DNA of 63,844 nucleotides, counting the filler, from Pelomyxa schiedti (Eukaryota; Protista; Evosea), in the NCBI GenBank assembly GCA_020536535.1. It is 13 parts of 13 records of this genome, joined end to end, with 100 filler letters (N's around TTAATTAATTAA, not from the genome) between each part and the next. Parts side by side here need not be neighbours in the genome. Positions count along the whole stretch, not along the records: positions 45,955 to 62,567 come from JAHLWZ010000130.1; 12 more parts are not named here. One strand, written 5' to 3'. The translations under genes and the position numbers were made by a program. The notes below the pieces were generated by a model, which did no database searches, was not told the DNA's origin, and was given only the letters and a program-made list of their open reading frames with translations. This document shows positions 46,313 through 58,895 of the stretch, piece by piece; position 1 is the first letter of the stretch; each line of letters starts with the position of its first letter.

Positions 46313-49300
46313 TTAGAGGGCCAAGTGTAGTGACCAGTTGTGAGCTATTGTGGTTTGTTGTTGGAATGGCTGCCGGAGGGTGAGGATGCCGTTGGAGTAG
46401 TTGTGTGTGACAGGGGCGGTGAGAGCGGGTGAGGTAATGGACTGTGGTGGCCGGGTTAGTCCGACTATGACGATGCGCTCTATTCCGGCTGTGTACCAGT
46501 CGCACGCTTGCGCGGGGAACTGCGTTGGCGTGCATCCGGGGTGGTCGGTGAACGACATAACTCCGGTTAGTGGTGATGTGGTGTTGAACTCTATGCGCTT
46601 CCAGATGTGCATGGGCTTATCGCTTGCGTAATTCATTGTGTGACCGTCGTCCGCATAAAGCTCTCCTTGAGCGTTACCCTTAACAAGAATAAATAAAAAG
46701 AACAATAGCAAGTGGTAAAGGTATCTTGAACCTTGGAATCAAGTGCCACAACCAGAGTATAGGGATCGCAAGTCATCGCGGTAGTTGCCCTTCTGAGTCT
46801 CTCCTTTTTCGGAATTATAGTACCTTGGATAAATTAAAGGCAAAAAAACCACTTCGGGTTGTGAAGAAAACCTCCACGCATGAACACTGGAATAGAATCC
46901 AGTGGGGTGTCAACAGTAACCAGTTGTCCTCCCAAGTACTTCTGATAAGACTTCACGTCATACCATATTGTCTTTTGCAGGTTAGCAATAGATAAAAATA
47001 AACAACTCACTTTTTGATCCGGTAGATATACATCAATATTTTTTACACCTTGTTCTACTACAGGGGATACCAGAAGCGTGTTACCAATCATATAAGAGTC
47101 ATCAATTCCATATGCGGATTCATCTTGTGGGAACTCCACCCNNNNNNNNNNNNNNNNNNNNNNNNNNNNNNNNNNNNNNNNNNNNNNNNNNNNNNNNNNN
47201 NNNNNNNNNNNNNNNNNNNNNNNNNNNNNNNNNNNNNNNNNCGCACGCTTGCGCGGGGAACTGCGTTGGCGTGCATCCGGGGTGGTCGGTGAACGACATA
47301 ACTCCGGTTAGTGGTGATGTGGTGTTGAACTCTATGCGCTTCCAGATGTGCATGGGCTTATCACTTGCGTAATTCATTGTGTGACCGTCGTCCGCATAAA
47401 GCTCTCCTTGAGCGTTACCCTTAACAAGAATAAATAAAAAGAACAATAGCAAGTGGCAAAGGTATCTTGAACCTTGGAATCAAGTGCCACAACTAGAGTA
47501 TAGGGATCGCAAGTCATTGCGGTAGTTGCCCTTCTGAGTCTCTCCTTTTTCGGAATTATAGTACCTTGGATAAATTAAAGGGAAAAACCCACTTCGGGTT
47601 GTGAAGAAAACCTCCACGCATGAACACTGGAATAGAATCCAGTGGGGTGTCAACAGTTACCAGTTGTCCTCCCAAGTACTTCTGATAAGACTTCACGTCA
47701 TACCATATTGTCTTTTGCAGGTTAGCCAGAGATAACAATAAACAACTCACTTTTTGATCTGGTAGATATACATCAATATTTTTTACACCTTGTTCTACTA
47801 CAGGGGATACCAGAAGCGTGTTACCAATCATATAAGAGTCATCAATTCCATATGCGGATTCATCTTGTGGGAACTCCACCCNNNNNNNNNNNNNNNNNNN
47901 NNNNNNNNNNNNNNNNNNNNNNNNNNNNNNNNNNNNNNNNNNNNNNNNNNNNNNNNNNNNNNNNNNNNNNNNNNNNNNNNNGGTAGATATACATCAATAT
48001 TTTTTACACCTTGTTCTACTACAGGGGATACCAGAAGCGTGTTACCAATCATATAAGAGTCATCAATTCCATATGCGGATTCATCTTGTGGGAACTCCAC
48101 CCATAGAGGTCTGGGTAGCAACTTAAAAAAAAAAGAAATCCAGGGATTGTAGAAAACCTCATTACAGGCATTCCTGTGAGATAATTCTCGTGGAAAAGAG
48201 TGTACCTGGAATTGGTTGATGGCCGGATAGGGGAAGGGAAGCGGAGTACCATAAGGGGAGTAATTGATAACGGGTATGAATGACATTGCGCAAAATTCCA
48301 GTAGTGTCATCACCAAAGAGCCAGGGTTCTCTTCTTCTCGTATCTGTTTGTGTCAAATCCAAAAAAAAAATTAACCGATAACTTACCGATGTGTGAATGA
48401 CCGCGGAAGAAAGGCTGATAGGCACCTGCTTCGTACCACCGCACCAAGAGCTCAGTGTCGGGATTGTAGAAAAATCCTCCTACGTCACCTGTTTGAGGGT
48501 AAATGGTTTTTTTCCCCTTGTGACCTGTGAGGTACCTCCGCCAAAGGACATGCCAGTAACACTAAGAGAAAGGAGCATAGGAGTAGTGTACTTAAGATGT
48601 CCCCATTCTGCCTTGGTGTCACCAATCCACACCTATGGAGTAATTAATTAGGCATAATCTTTCCAAAGAGTACTTACTGCGGCGGTTTTATGAGATCCGG
48701 CAAAGAAAGCTCGTGTCTGGTTGAGTGAGAAAATAGAGGTGGATTGGATACACAAACCAAGACAAAAGGTCTCTCATTAGAATTGCGAGAAAGAAGCCCT
48801 TGATAAGTTGACATGTGCTTTCACTTGTCATTGGTGGAAGTGACTTCGTTGGAGACATACCACAAGAAGACCATACAGATTGTGGATGTCTCTGTGTTCA
48901 AGATTATTGTAATGCTTATTGTCCTTCGGCATAGTGACTTCTGGTCCACTGAATACAGAGGGTTCATTCATGTCGTTCCAGATATGAAGAATCTCTGTTG
49001 ATCCCTGGATTCTTTAGAGGTGGAATGAAAGGGATTTCCTACCTTATATTGGGTCAGAGAGAACTTGTCCCCCCACCATTTCCTAACAGTTGGGTTAATG
49101 AAGTCCGGCCATGAGCTGGACCCTGNNNNNNNNNNNNNNNNNNNNNNNNNNNNNNNNNNNNNNNNNNNNNNNNNNNNNNNNNNNNNNNNNNNNNNNNNNN
49201 NNNNNNNNNNNNNNNNNNNNNNNNNCTGGATTCTTTAGAGGTGGAATGAAAGGGATTTCCTACCTTATATTGGGTCAGAGAGAACTTGTCCCCCCACCAT

Positions 49301-51396
49301 TTCCTAACAGTTGGGTTAATGAAGTCCGGCCATGAGCTGGACCCTGAAGTCGGTTAATTTTTTTAATTTCCTGGTACGGGTTACCTGGCCAGCAGTGGCC
49401 GTCAAAGGCATTATCATGATAGTCTTTTACATAAAGGTCCTTCTCGGTTGCTTCAGTATGGATCCAATAGTTAGAATCACGCTGAAAATATTTTTTTAGG
49501 CATCCGGAAGGATTTAACGAAATAGGCGCATACCTTGATGTGAGGATCGACAATGGTAACAAGCTGTGATCGAGTCTTAACAACAAAATCCTACAAGAAG
49601 AAGACTACCTTTCTCCCCTTCGATGCCAAGTGGTCTTGCATTAGTTCGGGTGTGGGGAATTTATGCTCGTCCCACGTGAAGTACCGCTTCCCGTTTGTAT
49701 GCTCAATATCGAGCCATATGACATCATAAGGTATGTAGTATTTATCAAAGTCGTTGTCAACTTGCTATAACAAGGGTTGTAAGAAAATTGCTCGTACATC
49801 TATAGGTTACCTTGACATCTGGTTCATCCTTGTAGTTCCATCGGCACTGATGATATCCAAGGGCAAAGAGAGGAGGAATGGGGGTGGTTCCCAATAGGGC
49901 AGCTACTTGTTCGAAAATATCCTTGGGTGTAGGTCCACGTAAGATAAAGACATCCACAATTCCAGATTCACTTATCCACCAAGTTTCTTTCTTTTGCTCA
50001 AATTAGACACTCATAGAAGCACAATTGGAGTTTACGCCCGCGCTGCCATCTGCTACGTCAACCCAAGTCTCACTCGGATTCAACCACAACACACCAACAG
50101 AATGTGTTGGTGAGTGTGCAATCATGAGAGGAATACTGCCATACAGTGCCATTGGGTCATCTACAATGTATTCGAACACATCAAGGTTGAACATGCGGTA
50201 GGGGTCGTTATACACAGAGCCTGTTCCCCTACAACGATATTAGCAGTAGCGTGGCTAGAGGCAGAATATACGTGGTTGTTTTTAGATCAAATTCTGCAGC
50301 GTGCTCTGGAATTCCATACACGTGTTTTGCACCTGGGAAACTAATGTCCATGCCCACAGCTGTTGGTCCTGCAGGTGTTTAACGAAGGGGATACATTAAT
50401 TACTTTGTACCATGTGGCTTGCTGTCAGTATGCCCACCAAAGTATTCAGACCACAACCCCTCATTAGTCCCAGTTGGTGCAGGTTGTTTGTTGTCACTTG
50501 ACAGCATTCCTGCTTCATCCTCTGGCCTTACTTCCTCATTCTCGAACATTACTCCAAATTCGTCTACAACTTCCCCCGCTATGTCCTCGGCGGGCTTTTC
50601 GGGCTCTGGCTCCTTCTGCTGTTCCGGCTGTTCTAAAGGCTTTTGGGGCTCCTCTAGTTTCTCACGCAAATGCTCGAAGACAAATTGACCTTTTGAGTTC
50701 AAACTGACTACAGGGTGGTTCTTGGCACCAGTAACGTTGAGAGTAAATCCGCCACTTTTAAGAGTAGCCTCGAGTGTGGCCACAGTGTTACCGCCAGCCA
50801 TAATTCTAAACACTCCCTTGTCGTTAACAACAGATAGTGGTACCTGTGCAAAGGAGTGAGAAGATAAGTTTTTGAGTAAAACTGCATACAGCTAAGTCCT
50901 CCTTCAGGGTTAAGAACGAAGAAGCGAGTTGTGAGTCGAAACCCACACCGAATCTCTTCACTCCAACAGGCGCAAAGTCGTCCCTCTCCTCAGACATAGT
51001 AAACCTCAGTATTTCCGCTTCCCCCGCCGTCCCGTAAGCCGCCACGTTCATCCCCAGCACCAAGGGCCTCTCGGTCTTCCCCACCAGCGACGCCCACACC
51101 GCCCTGCTCCCGCCTTCGCCAGACTTCTCAACCACTTCACCCAGCGCGTACTGCGCTGTCAGCCCCGCGTTTTTCTCCACTCCTTGAGGCGATTCCGCCT
51201 GCGCCGGTTCCTGCTGTTGATCCTGTGGTGGCGGTGTCGCCGTAGGCCTGTTCCTCGCGCAAAAGGCGCTCTGAGAGCACGTCCTGAACTTGCCCCTGTC
51301 CACAGCGAGGCAAGTGCCCACAACCAGCATCGCGACTACAAGTACGCGACCCACTGTTGTCGCTTTTCCGGTGCCGCGGTGCTGCTGACTCGGCAT
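46313..51396 (-). CDS. GANAB: Glucosidase II alpha subunit (GH31), multi-exon; gap-flank duplications inflate the span
   Basis: Signal/TM then [19 protein letters not shown]; [34 protein letters not shown]; catalytic WNDMNEP at 48961-48980; [34 protein letters not shown]. Confidence 0.95.
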
Positions 51397-51608
51397 CTTA
51401 CTTGTTTTATTGTAAAAAGAAGATGGTTTTTTTTTGGAAGGAGCCGTCGCCAACGAAAGCCCCGCTGAGTTGTCAAGATTAGAAAAGAAATCTTTGGGGG
51501 TTTGTTCTATTGCCTCTAGAGACTTGACTCCAGGGCCTATTGTGTGGCTCTTGCTTACAAGGATATATTTCGTTGTGTATGTATGTTATGTGAACAGGTT
51601 AGTTGTGC

Positions 51609-53839
51609 CTATGGTGTTTTGGTGGTGAGGGTGGCTGGGAGTGAATTGAGCTCGATTCCTGAGTTCTCTGCGGGTTCCGGATCTATTATCCGGCAGGTGG
51701 AGAACTGGCCGGGGATGAAGGCACTGAGGATGCCGCCTAGACCCATGATGCCGATTGTCATGCCCCACGCCCAGCGGAAGCCATTCTCGCCGTACACACG
51801 CCGTGCCTTATTGTGTTTGAATTAGTGGCCAAAGGCAAAACCGTGAGATGGGGAAGTGGCACACCGGCCACGGACCGGAACCATCAGGGTCCCACATGTA
51901 GCTGTCTTCCATGAGTAGAACGTTGGCGATGACTGGGCCAATTGCACTTCCCACCATTCGGAATAAGTAGTTTGTGCCTAGGAAAAGTTAGTTCGTTCAG
52001 AGGAACTATTTATTCTTGTATAGCACCTGAAACAACTCCAAACAAACGGGGAGGGGAGAACAACGACTGAAGGGCGAGAAGCGTGGACATCATGCAACCC
52101 AACCCCACTCCCATAAGTATTTGAATTCCCACAATCTATTTACAACATAAGAACATGTTTCGGGTGTTGGATCATACGCTTATGACAGTTTCATGATAGA
52201 AATAAAGGAGTGTGAAGCATCCCATGTACTCGAATTGGGAAATAGTAAAAATCAGTTGGGGACCTAAAGGATCGATTAGGCACAATAAATATCGAAGGTT
52301 CGATACTAATTTTATTTCTCACAACTGCAGTAAGAGGGCTCACAATCAACTGTGGCACTGAGCCACCAAACAGCAAAAGACCAATTTTTAGAGGGTCATC
52401 ATAGACAAAAGGCCCAACGGGGTTCTCCAAGTAGAATGGAAGAGTCTAAGAAGGTGAGGAGGTACTAATCTAACTAAACATCACAACCTGAAATCCAACG
52501 AACATTCCATATCCAATTGTTAATGCGCTTATATTTAGGAAGACTAAATTTCTGTTTGTAAAGATCGCCTTGATATTGATGAGAGCACCCTCTCCATAGA
52601 ACAGTTCCCAACCAACAAAACAGGCCACGAGTAAGGGTCCAGAGATAAGTAGAACAATTGGAGCAGCTTTATTCCACCCCTACTACATTTAGGTATTGTT
52701 TGTATTTGTATAAAGGTACTTGTTCTCCAAGTGTCAACCCAACAAGAGTGGCAGCGACACCACCCCCAACTAAAATAGCTCCTGTAAACTGTTACTATAT
52801 CAAAGGAAAGTACGGGAAGTGTGCCTAAAACATCAACAGGTTTAGACGAATGGATCAATATGTTCTTGGGGTCGTCAATGAGAAGCATAAAAGCTATGGT
52901 GGTGAGAAACTTGAAGTAAAAAGCGAAGTCGCACCAATAACCAGCAGTATAACAATCGGACCAGTCACCCAGAATAGAACAGCCCAAGCCACCGTCACAC
53001 CTTCGTAAGAAAAGGTGATTCCTTTTAAGGCAGCCCCTCCACCAAGCATTCCCAGAGCAGCACCAACACTGAACATAGCACTCACCAAACCTAGCTGTGT
53101 TCCTGTGAGAAAAAGGTGGTTCCGCGATGACATACGGCAGGAGTAACAAGCCGTGGGGGAAACGTTGCTTTGATCAAAGTGAAGCAAAGAGTGAAACTGC
53201 CCTAAATGTAAAGTAAATATGATGCTTCATGAAATATTTACGGGTACCATTCCAAACCCCTGGACTGCACGTAGAATAATAAGTACAGCAATGCTATCAC
53301 TGAGAAAAGATAGTGCGCAACCAATAACTCCTGAGAACGTGAAAGGAAGGTCAATTCATTGCAGTAACATGGGAAAAAAAGTACCCAGTACATATGCACT
53401 CAGACAAACAAATAAGGTTTTCTTAACTCCAAACCTCGAACTCAGGCTTCCAAAAATGGGAGTTGTTACAGCTGTGTTAAATTAGAGGTATTCAAAAGGA
53501 GGACTCTGATTACCTCCCATAACTGTGTAGGCACTTAATACCTGGAACGAATAAGTAAAAGAAGAAGTTGTGTCTTGCAAGGAGATACCCACGCTATCCA
53601 CTCTTCCTTACCAGGGTACCTCTGGAGAATGTATGGTAAAGCTGGTACCTAAAACTTACATTAACACCTTGAACTGGGAGACGAGGGTAGTTTACCAGCA
53701 TCACTTCGATGAACATTACAGAGAGAGTGAGTAAAACCATCAAAGCGAATAAAGTTATGTGCTTTTTTGTGATTCTGTCCGCCACAACATCTTCCTCTTT
53801 AGGCCCCTCAATTTCCTCTTTTCCATTCATCACTGTCAT
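51609..53839 (-). CDS. Major facilitator superfamily transporter (DHA2/EmrB-like), many introns
   Basis: MTVMNGKE..LFALMVLLTLSVMFIEVML|VPALPYILQRYPGKEEWIAW|VLSAYTVMG; later GLVSAMFSVGAALG, LLLFGGSVPQLIVSPL and RMVGSAIGPVIANVLL; many hydrophobic exons. Confidence 0.85.
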
Positions 53840-53860
53840 TTCTACTTCTACAAAAGACAG

Positions 53861-54440
53861 TTAGAAAAACAAACAAAGAAGCAAAAAATGCCCACCTGCG
53901 ACGCCATTCTCCACCGGTTGTATTGTTTTTACATAGACTTGAGAAGGCGTCGCGTCACTATCGGAGCTAACACTACGAGATGAACTAGATGACGAGGAAG
54001 ATCGCGAAGACGAAGACGAAGACGCGCTGGAGCTGGATCGGGATCGCCTACTATCGTCCGAGTACGACACAGATCCAGATCGAGATCTACCACTGCTCCT
54101 TGTGTCGCTGCTTCGGCTGCTCCCTGATGACGATGACATTAGCGGCCACGTGGCCCTTCTTGGGAGTATTAATTTAGTTTGTGTACTGTCGCCGAAATTG
54201 CGATCAGTTTTCATCACGCCGTCTTTCAGTGGAAAGTTGATGTCCTTCCGGGAAGGTGCAATCTGCCAAATCATAACCATTATCCGATCGCGATGGTCAG
54301 TCCACCCCTTCGTCCTCAGTCTCACTCCAAGCAATGTGCCAAATTGGTATGCCTCCAAAGCTTCCCCACGTCTCCCATAACTCGAGTGCGTGCCTTCTTG
54401 CCGATCACGGGCTTCGATGGCAACATCAACTTTTCCTACT
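53861..54440 (-). CDS. Ser/Arg-rich hypothetical protein (start undefined)
   Basis: Open frame with SRSSDTRSSGRSRSGSVSYSDDSRRSRSSSS; no clear ATG context. Confidence 0.4.
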
Positions 54441-54516
54441 TGTCTTTTTTTTTGTTCTTTCCTTGATAGTGGTGTGACATTCACTGACAGAAACAACCAA
54501 CCAAACAAACAAACAA

Positions 54517-55934
54517 ATGAGTAGCACCAGTACTACTAGCAGTACTTTGCATGAGAGGTTGGCTGAAATAGCAGCCACAACCGAATTTCCCGATTTTTTG
54601 AAGGCACGAATCGAATCTATACCCGCTAACGAGAGGGCAAAGTGCGTGTCTATAGTAAAAAGAAATAAATTACTCTTTAAGTATTGCCGTAACTCTCTTG
54701 ATTCTTGTGGGGTTTTTCTAAAGTGTAATTCTGAAGATGGTTGGTTGTGCTGGATGCTGATGGGGTTTTGTGGAAGGAGGATATTGCCGGTATGGCACTA
54801 CAAAATTTTCTACTTCTCTAATGGATTCCATGGAAAGATGAAATTCTCGTGTGGATGATACAGCAGGGCTATGTTGATCGGCACTGGTGGTCCGAGTATG
54901 AAAGGGTTTATAGGCCTGACCACGAACGCGGCTGCATCTTTCTTCTGAGCGTATTTGCTGGTTTGCTTGTAGGCTCCTCTACTGGCTCTGTAACATTCCC
55001 AATAGGGTGGGAGGAATCAGTATTTTCAGAACGGGTTTCACGTTTCTACAAGGAATTCCACTCGCGGTTGCATTTAAGAAATGTTCCATGCGCTGCGGCA
55101 ATAAACTTGAAAAAAATGGGATTCCCTGTATGTGGCTTTCCTATCTCTCAAACCTAACATTCCCACAGGTTTACATAGTTACTGCCAGTCCCACTGGGAT
55201 GCTAATGCCGTGCCTTGAGTATTTTGGCAGTGATGCCATTTTGGGTATGGACTTTGGCTTCGATGGACGTGGAATAATCACGGGAAATCTTGCTGGGCCT
55301 TCCTGTTATGGACCTGGAAAGGCATCCAAGGCACTCATTCGTTTTTGATTTATNNNNNNNNNNNNNNNNNNNNNNNNNNNNNNNNNNNNNNNNNNNNNNN
55401 NNNNNNNNNNNNNNNNNNNNNNNNNNNNNNNNNNNNNNNNNNNNNNNNNNNNNATGCCATTTTGGGTATGGACTTTGGCTTCGATGGACGTGGAATAATC
55501 ACGGGAAATCTTGCTGGGCCTTCCTGTTATGGACCTGGAAAGGCATCCAAGGCACTCATTCGTTTTTGATTTATTTATGTGTATCCCTACTGACAGTAAT
55601 ATCAACAGGTCGCCACTGCGTGGAGGGCAAGTTCCGGACCAGAAGTATCTGGTGCTGAAGGTACTTCCCACATTCTTCTTGCAGCCGGAGATGCACCCCT
55701 TGACGTTTCCATGATGGAGGTATCTCTACTTTTTTTTTCTGTTTTTTGGTTTTTTTTTCTGTTTACAATCATTTTCCGTCTCCACAGATAGCCGAGATAC
55801 CATGGGCCTGCACACCAGATACAGACCTTCTTGCTGTTGCCCAGAGCCGTGGTTGGCAAATACTCCACAGACCCACAGGTGAAGCAATGGGCTCTCACGC
55901 TGACAAATTCAACAAATGGGCTGGTGTCATTTGA
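54517..55934 (+). CDS. HAD-superfamily IB (phosphoserine-phosphatase-like) hydrolase, multi-exon
   Basis: Motif I VVLDADGVLW (54753-54761), motif II VYIVTAS, motif III GPGK, motif IV AAGDAPLDVSMM. The flank of gap 55334-55433 is duplicated. Confidence 0.8.
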
Positions 55935-56241
55935 AAAGAAAAAATCCTCCCTTTTTAACCCAACAACACAACAACACACACAAAAAAAAAAACGGAACTG
56001 CTTATTATTCACTTTTTGGTGAATAAACAAATACGAGAGCAGACTCCTCGAGAGGTCTGTAAAAAAAAAGCCAAAGTATGTGAAGTATTAGGATTCCACC
56101 GAACCTGTACCACGGAATCGCACAGTGTTTTCTGCCGTTCACAGTAACCTGTACCCAGTTTTTGTTTGAAAACCAACCTTGCCCCACCATCAGCAGTTTT
56201 TCCGCCACCACCATAAAACAACAAACCCACCAACCGTGAGG

Positions 56242-58329
56242 ATGACAACGCCACCACTGTCATGGAAACAGCGCGGCGCCATTTCCGACGCATGCGTGCG
56301 CGGCGACATGCCCCCGTTCCCGTGCCCCACCTGGGACTTCAACACTCCCATCAGTTTTCTGACCGACGGCACCATTCTCCACATCGCTTGCGCGCACGGG
56401 CACGTGCGGCTCGCGAGGCAGCTCCTCGCCGTGGGCGCGACGCGCAGCCCGCCGATCGACCCAAACGCCAGCGACGGCTGCGGTATGACGCCACTGTGCT
56501 GCGCCGCCGAACACGGAAAGGAGGCGGTGGTGAGGGTGCTGCTGGCAACGAGCGGTGTGGATGTGAACAAGGGGTGCCCGCTGGTCTGGGCGTGTACGGG
56601 GAACCACATGGGCGTGGTGGCGGCGCTGCTCGGGTGCCCACACGTGGACGCCAACGCGGTGCATACGTCGGGGGAAACGGCACTGCACGCGGCTTGTGAA
56701 GAGGGATTCGTGGAAGGGGTGAAGGCTCTGCTCCAGGTCAATGGAATTGACACAAACCGCAAAAACGGCAAAGGTGAAACGCCACTTGACGTGGCAACAA
56801 GACGGAACAGCACTGATATCTGCAACCTCTTGAGGGATCACAACACGAGAAGACAATCCCCGCAGCCCACCACAAACACACCGAAAAATAACACATTTGA
56901 ACAGGAGTTGAGTGAGAAAGAGAGAGAAATTGCAAGAATCACAGGGGAGAACAAACGGCTTGGAGAATCATTGAGGGAAATGAATGAGAGGGTGATGAAT
57001 CTGGAAGGGAAACTGCAAGAAAAGGAGAAGAGGATCAAGACACTTGAGGAGGAGAACTCTGTTCTCAAAGAATGTTACAAGGTGCGCTCTATCCTTCCCC
57101 AAGAAGTCGTGGTCCATCATCAACACTGACCACTAAAATCCGTGTTGTTCACTCCCACCAACAAAAAAACACACACCACACACAGGAGAGAGCAGAGACG
57201 ATGACATCGCTGGTTGGAGCCAACATTGATTCATTTGCAATGATGAAATTTCTCGGTTCAGGCTCAAATGCAGCCACATTCCACGTGAAATTTTTCCCCA
57301 GGGGATCCAGCAGCGTGCTGTTGCCCCTCCTCCAACCTTCTTCTTCTTCTCTTCCTCCTCCTCCTCCTTCCACCACCACACAACCTCCTCTGCCTCTGGA
57401 CAACAACACCAAAAGCGATGAACAAAACAACTCACAACCACCAACGATGGCAATGAAAGTTCTGTTCAACTGGGAGAACACAGCACAGCAGACACTGATC
57501 AAGCAGAAGTACATGAAAGAGTGCATCGTTCTCGCATCTGTCCCACTTCATCCAAATGTGATCCACCCTCTTGGAACTCTTGTCATTCCGAGGTGTGTGT
57601 GTGTGTTTATACACACTCCATGAATAAGAAATAAATGAAATAAACAGAAGTTATTATAATAAGGAAACTATTTATAAATAATGAAGAGCTCTTAATAATA
57701 AAAGGAATTACCATTCTTGAGAGCAATTGTAAAACATACATAAAAAAAAATACGTTCTTGTTGTTAATGGATGGATAAATAAACCATAAAAAAAGATTTC
57801 CACCAGAGTTCATTGAGGCAATACCTTCTGATCAGCCAGTTTACAAAGAGTTTGCACTGAACAAGTCGCTTGCTTTCCTTCTTCCTTTCTGTGGTGTTCC
57901 ATTGCCTAAGTTTCTGTCAAATATGCCTTCTTATTGTGCCACAGCCACATCTGCAGCATCAACCACCACTCATCAGATCGGCGCCGAGGCCAGCACAACC
58001 AGCACGGTGAGGAACTTGCTTTTCCAATCACTGAGTGCTGTGGCTCACATTGAAAGAGCGCATGTCATCCACAGGTTGTTCTTTTTTTTTTCAAATTCTG
58101 TATTTTGCTCACGATTCCCATCAATCAAATCGCAGAGACATCAAAGGAGACAACATCCTTGTTGACCCAGCCACTCACAAGCTCACGTTGATCGACTTTG
58201 GAGAAGCAGTGGAGTGTTGCTCCGCCGACGATGATGACGACTCGCTGCAAGTCATGTTGACGAGGGCAGACAACGGGCAGGTGTGGGGGAACACAGGCAC
58301 GATGCCACCCGAGGTGAGTGCACTCTCCA
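56242..58329 (+). CDS. Ankyrin-repeat + coiled-coil + protein kinase, copy 1 (cut by N gap)
   Basis: About 5 ANK repeats (GTILHIAC, TPLCCAA, ETALHAAC, ETPLDVA); coiled coil; intron 57082-57185; kinase LGSGSNA, MAMKVLFNW, HPNVI, HR|DIKGDNILV, IDFG, GNTGTMPPE. Confidence 0.88.
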
Positions 58330-58429
58330 NNNNNNNNNNNNNNNNNNNNNNNNNNNNNNNNNNNNNNNNNNNNNNNNNNNNNNNNNNNNNNNNNNNNNNN
58401 NNNNNNNNNNNNNNNNNNNNNNNNNNNNN

Positions 58430-58715
58430 ATGCCATTTTGGGTATGGACTTTGGCTTCGATGGACGTGGAATAATCACGGGAAATCTTGCTGGGCCTTCC
58501 TGTTATGGACCTGGAAAGGCATCCAAGGCACTCATTCGTTTTTGATTTATGTATCCCTCCCTACTGACAGTAATATACAACAGGTCGCCACCGCGTGGCG
58601 TGCAAGTTCCGGACCAGAAGTATCCACAGACCCACAGGTGAAGCAATGGGCTCTCACGCTGACAAATTCAACAAATGGGCTGGTGTCATTTGAAAAGAAC
58701 TTTTTTGGTGAATAA
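58430..58715 (+). pseudogene. Partial second copy of the HAD phosphatase with an internal deletion
   Basis: Matches 55454-55940 but jumps from ggaccagaagtat directly to ccacagacccacag, deleting ~215 nt including motif IV. Confidence 0.75.
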
Positions 58716-58895
58716 ACAAATACGAGAGCTCACTCATTTTTTTTATCGAGGAGAGTCTGTAAAAACAAGCCATCATCAGACCCAGTGTTTTCTGCCGTTT
58801 ACAGTAACCTGTACCCAGTTTTTGTTTGAAAACCAACCAACACCTTGCCCCACCAGCAGTTTTGCTCCCCCCCCACCATCATCACAACAACAAAG

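Noticed and set aside
46502-48101. Apparent internal exon duplications in GANAB (47242-47881, 47982-48101; also 49226-49345)
   Set aside because: Each duplicate starts or ends exactly at a 100-N gap and is near-identical, so these are scaffolding or haplotype artifacts rather than domain duplications.
55334-55570. Tandem repeat inside the HAD gene
   Set aside because: Identical text on both sides of a 100-N gap (overlap not merged by the scaffolder).
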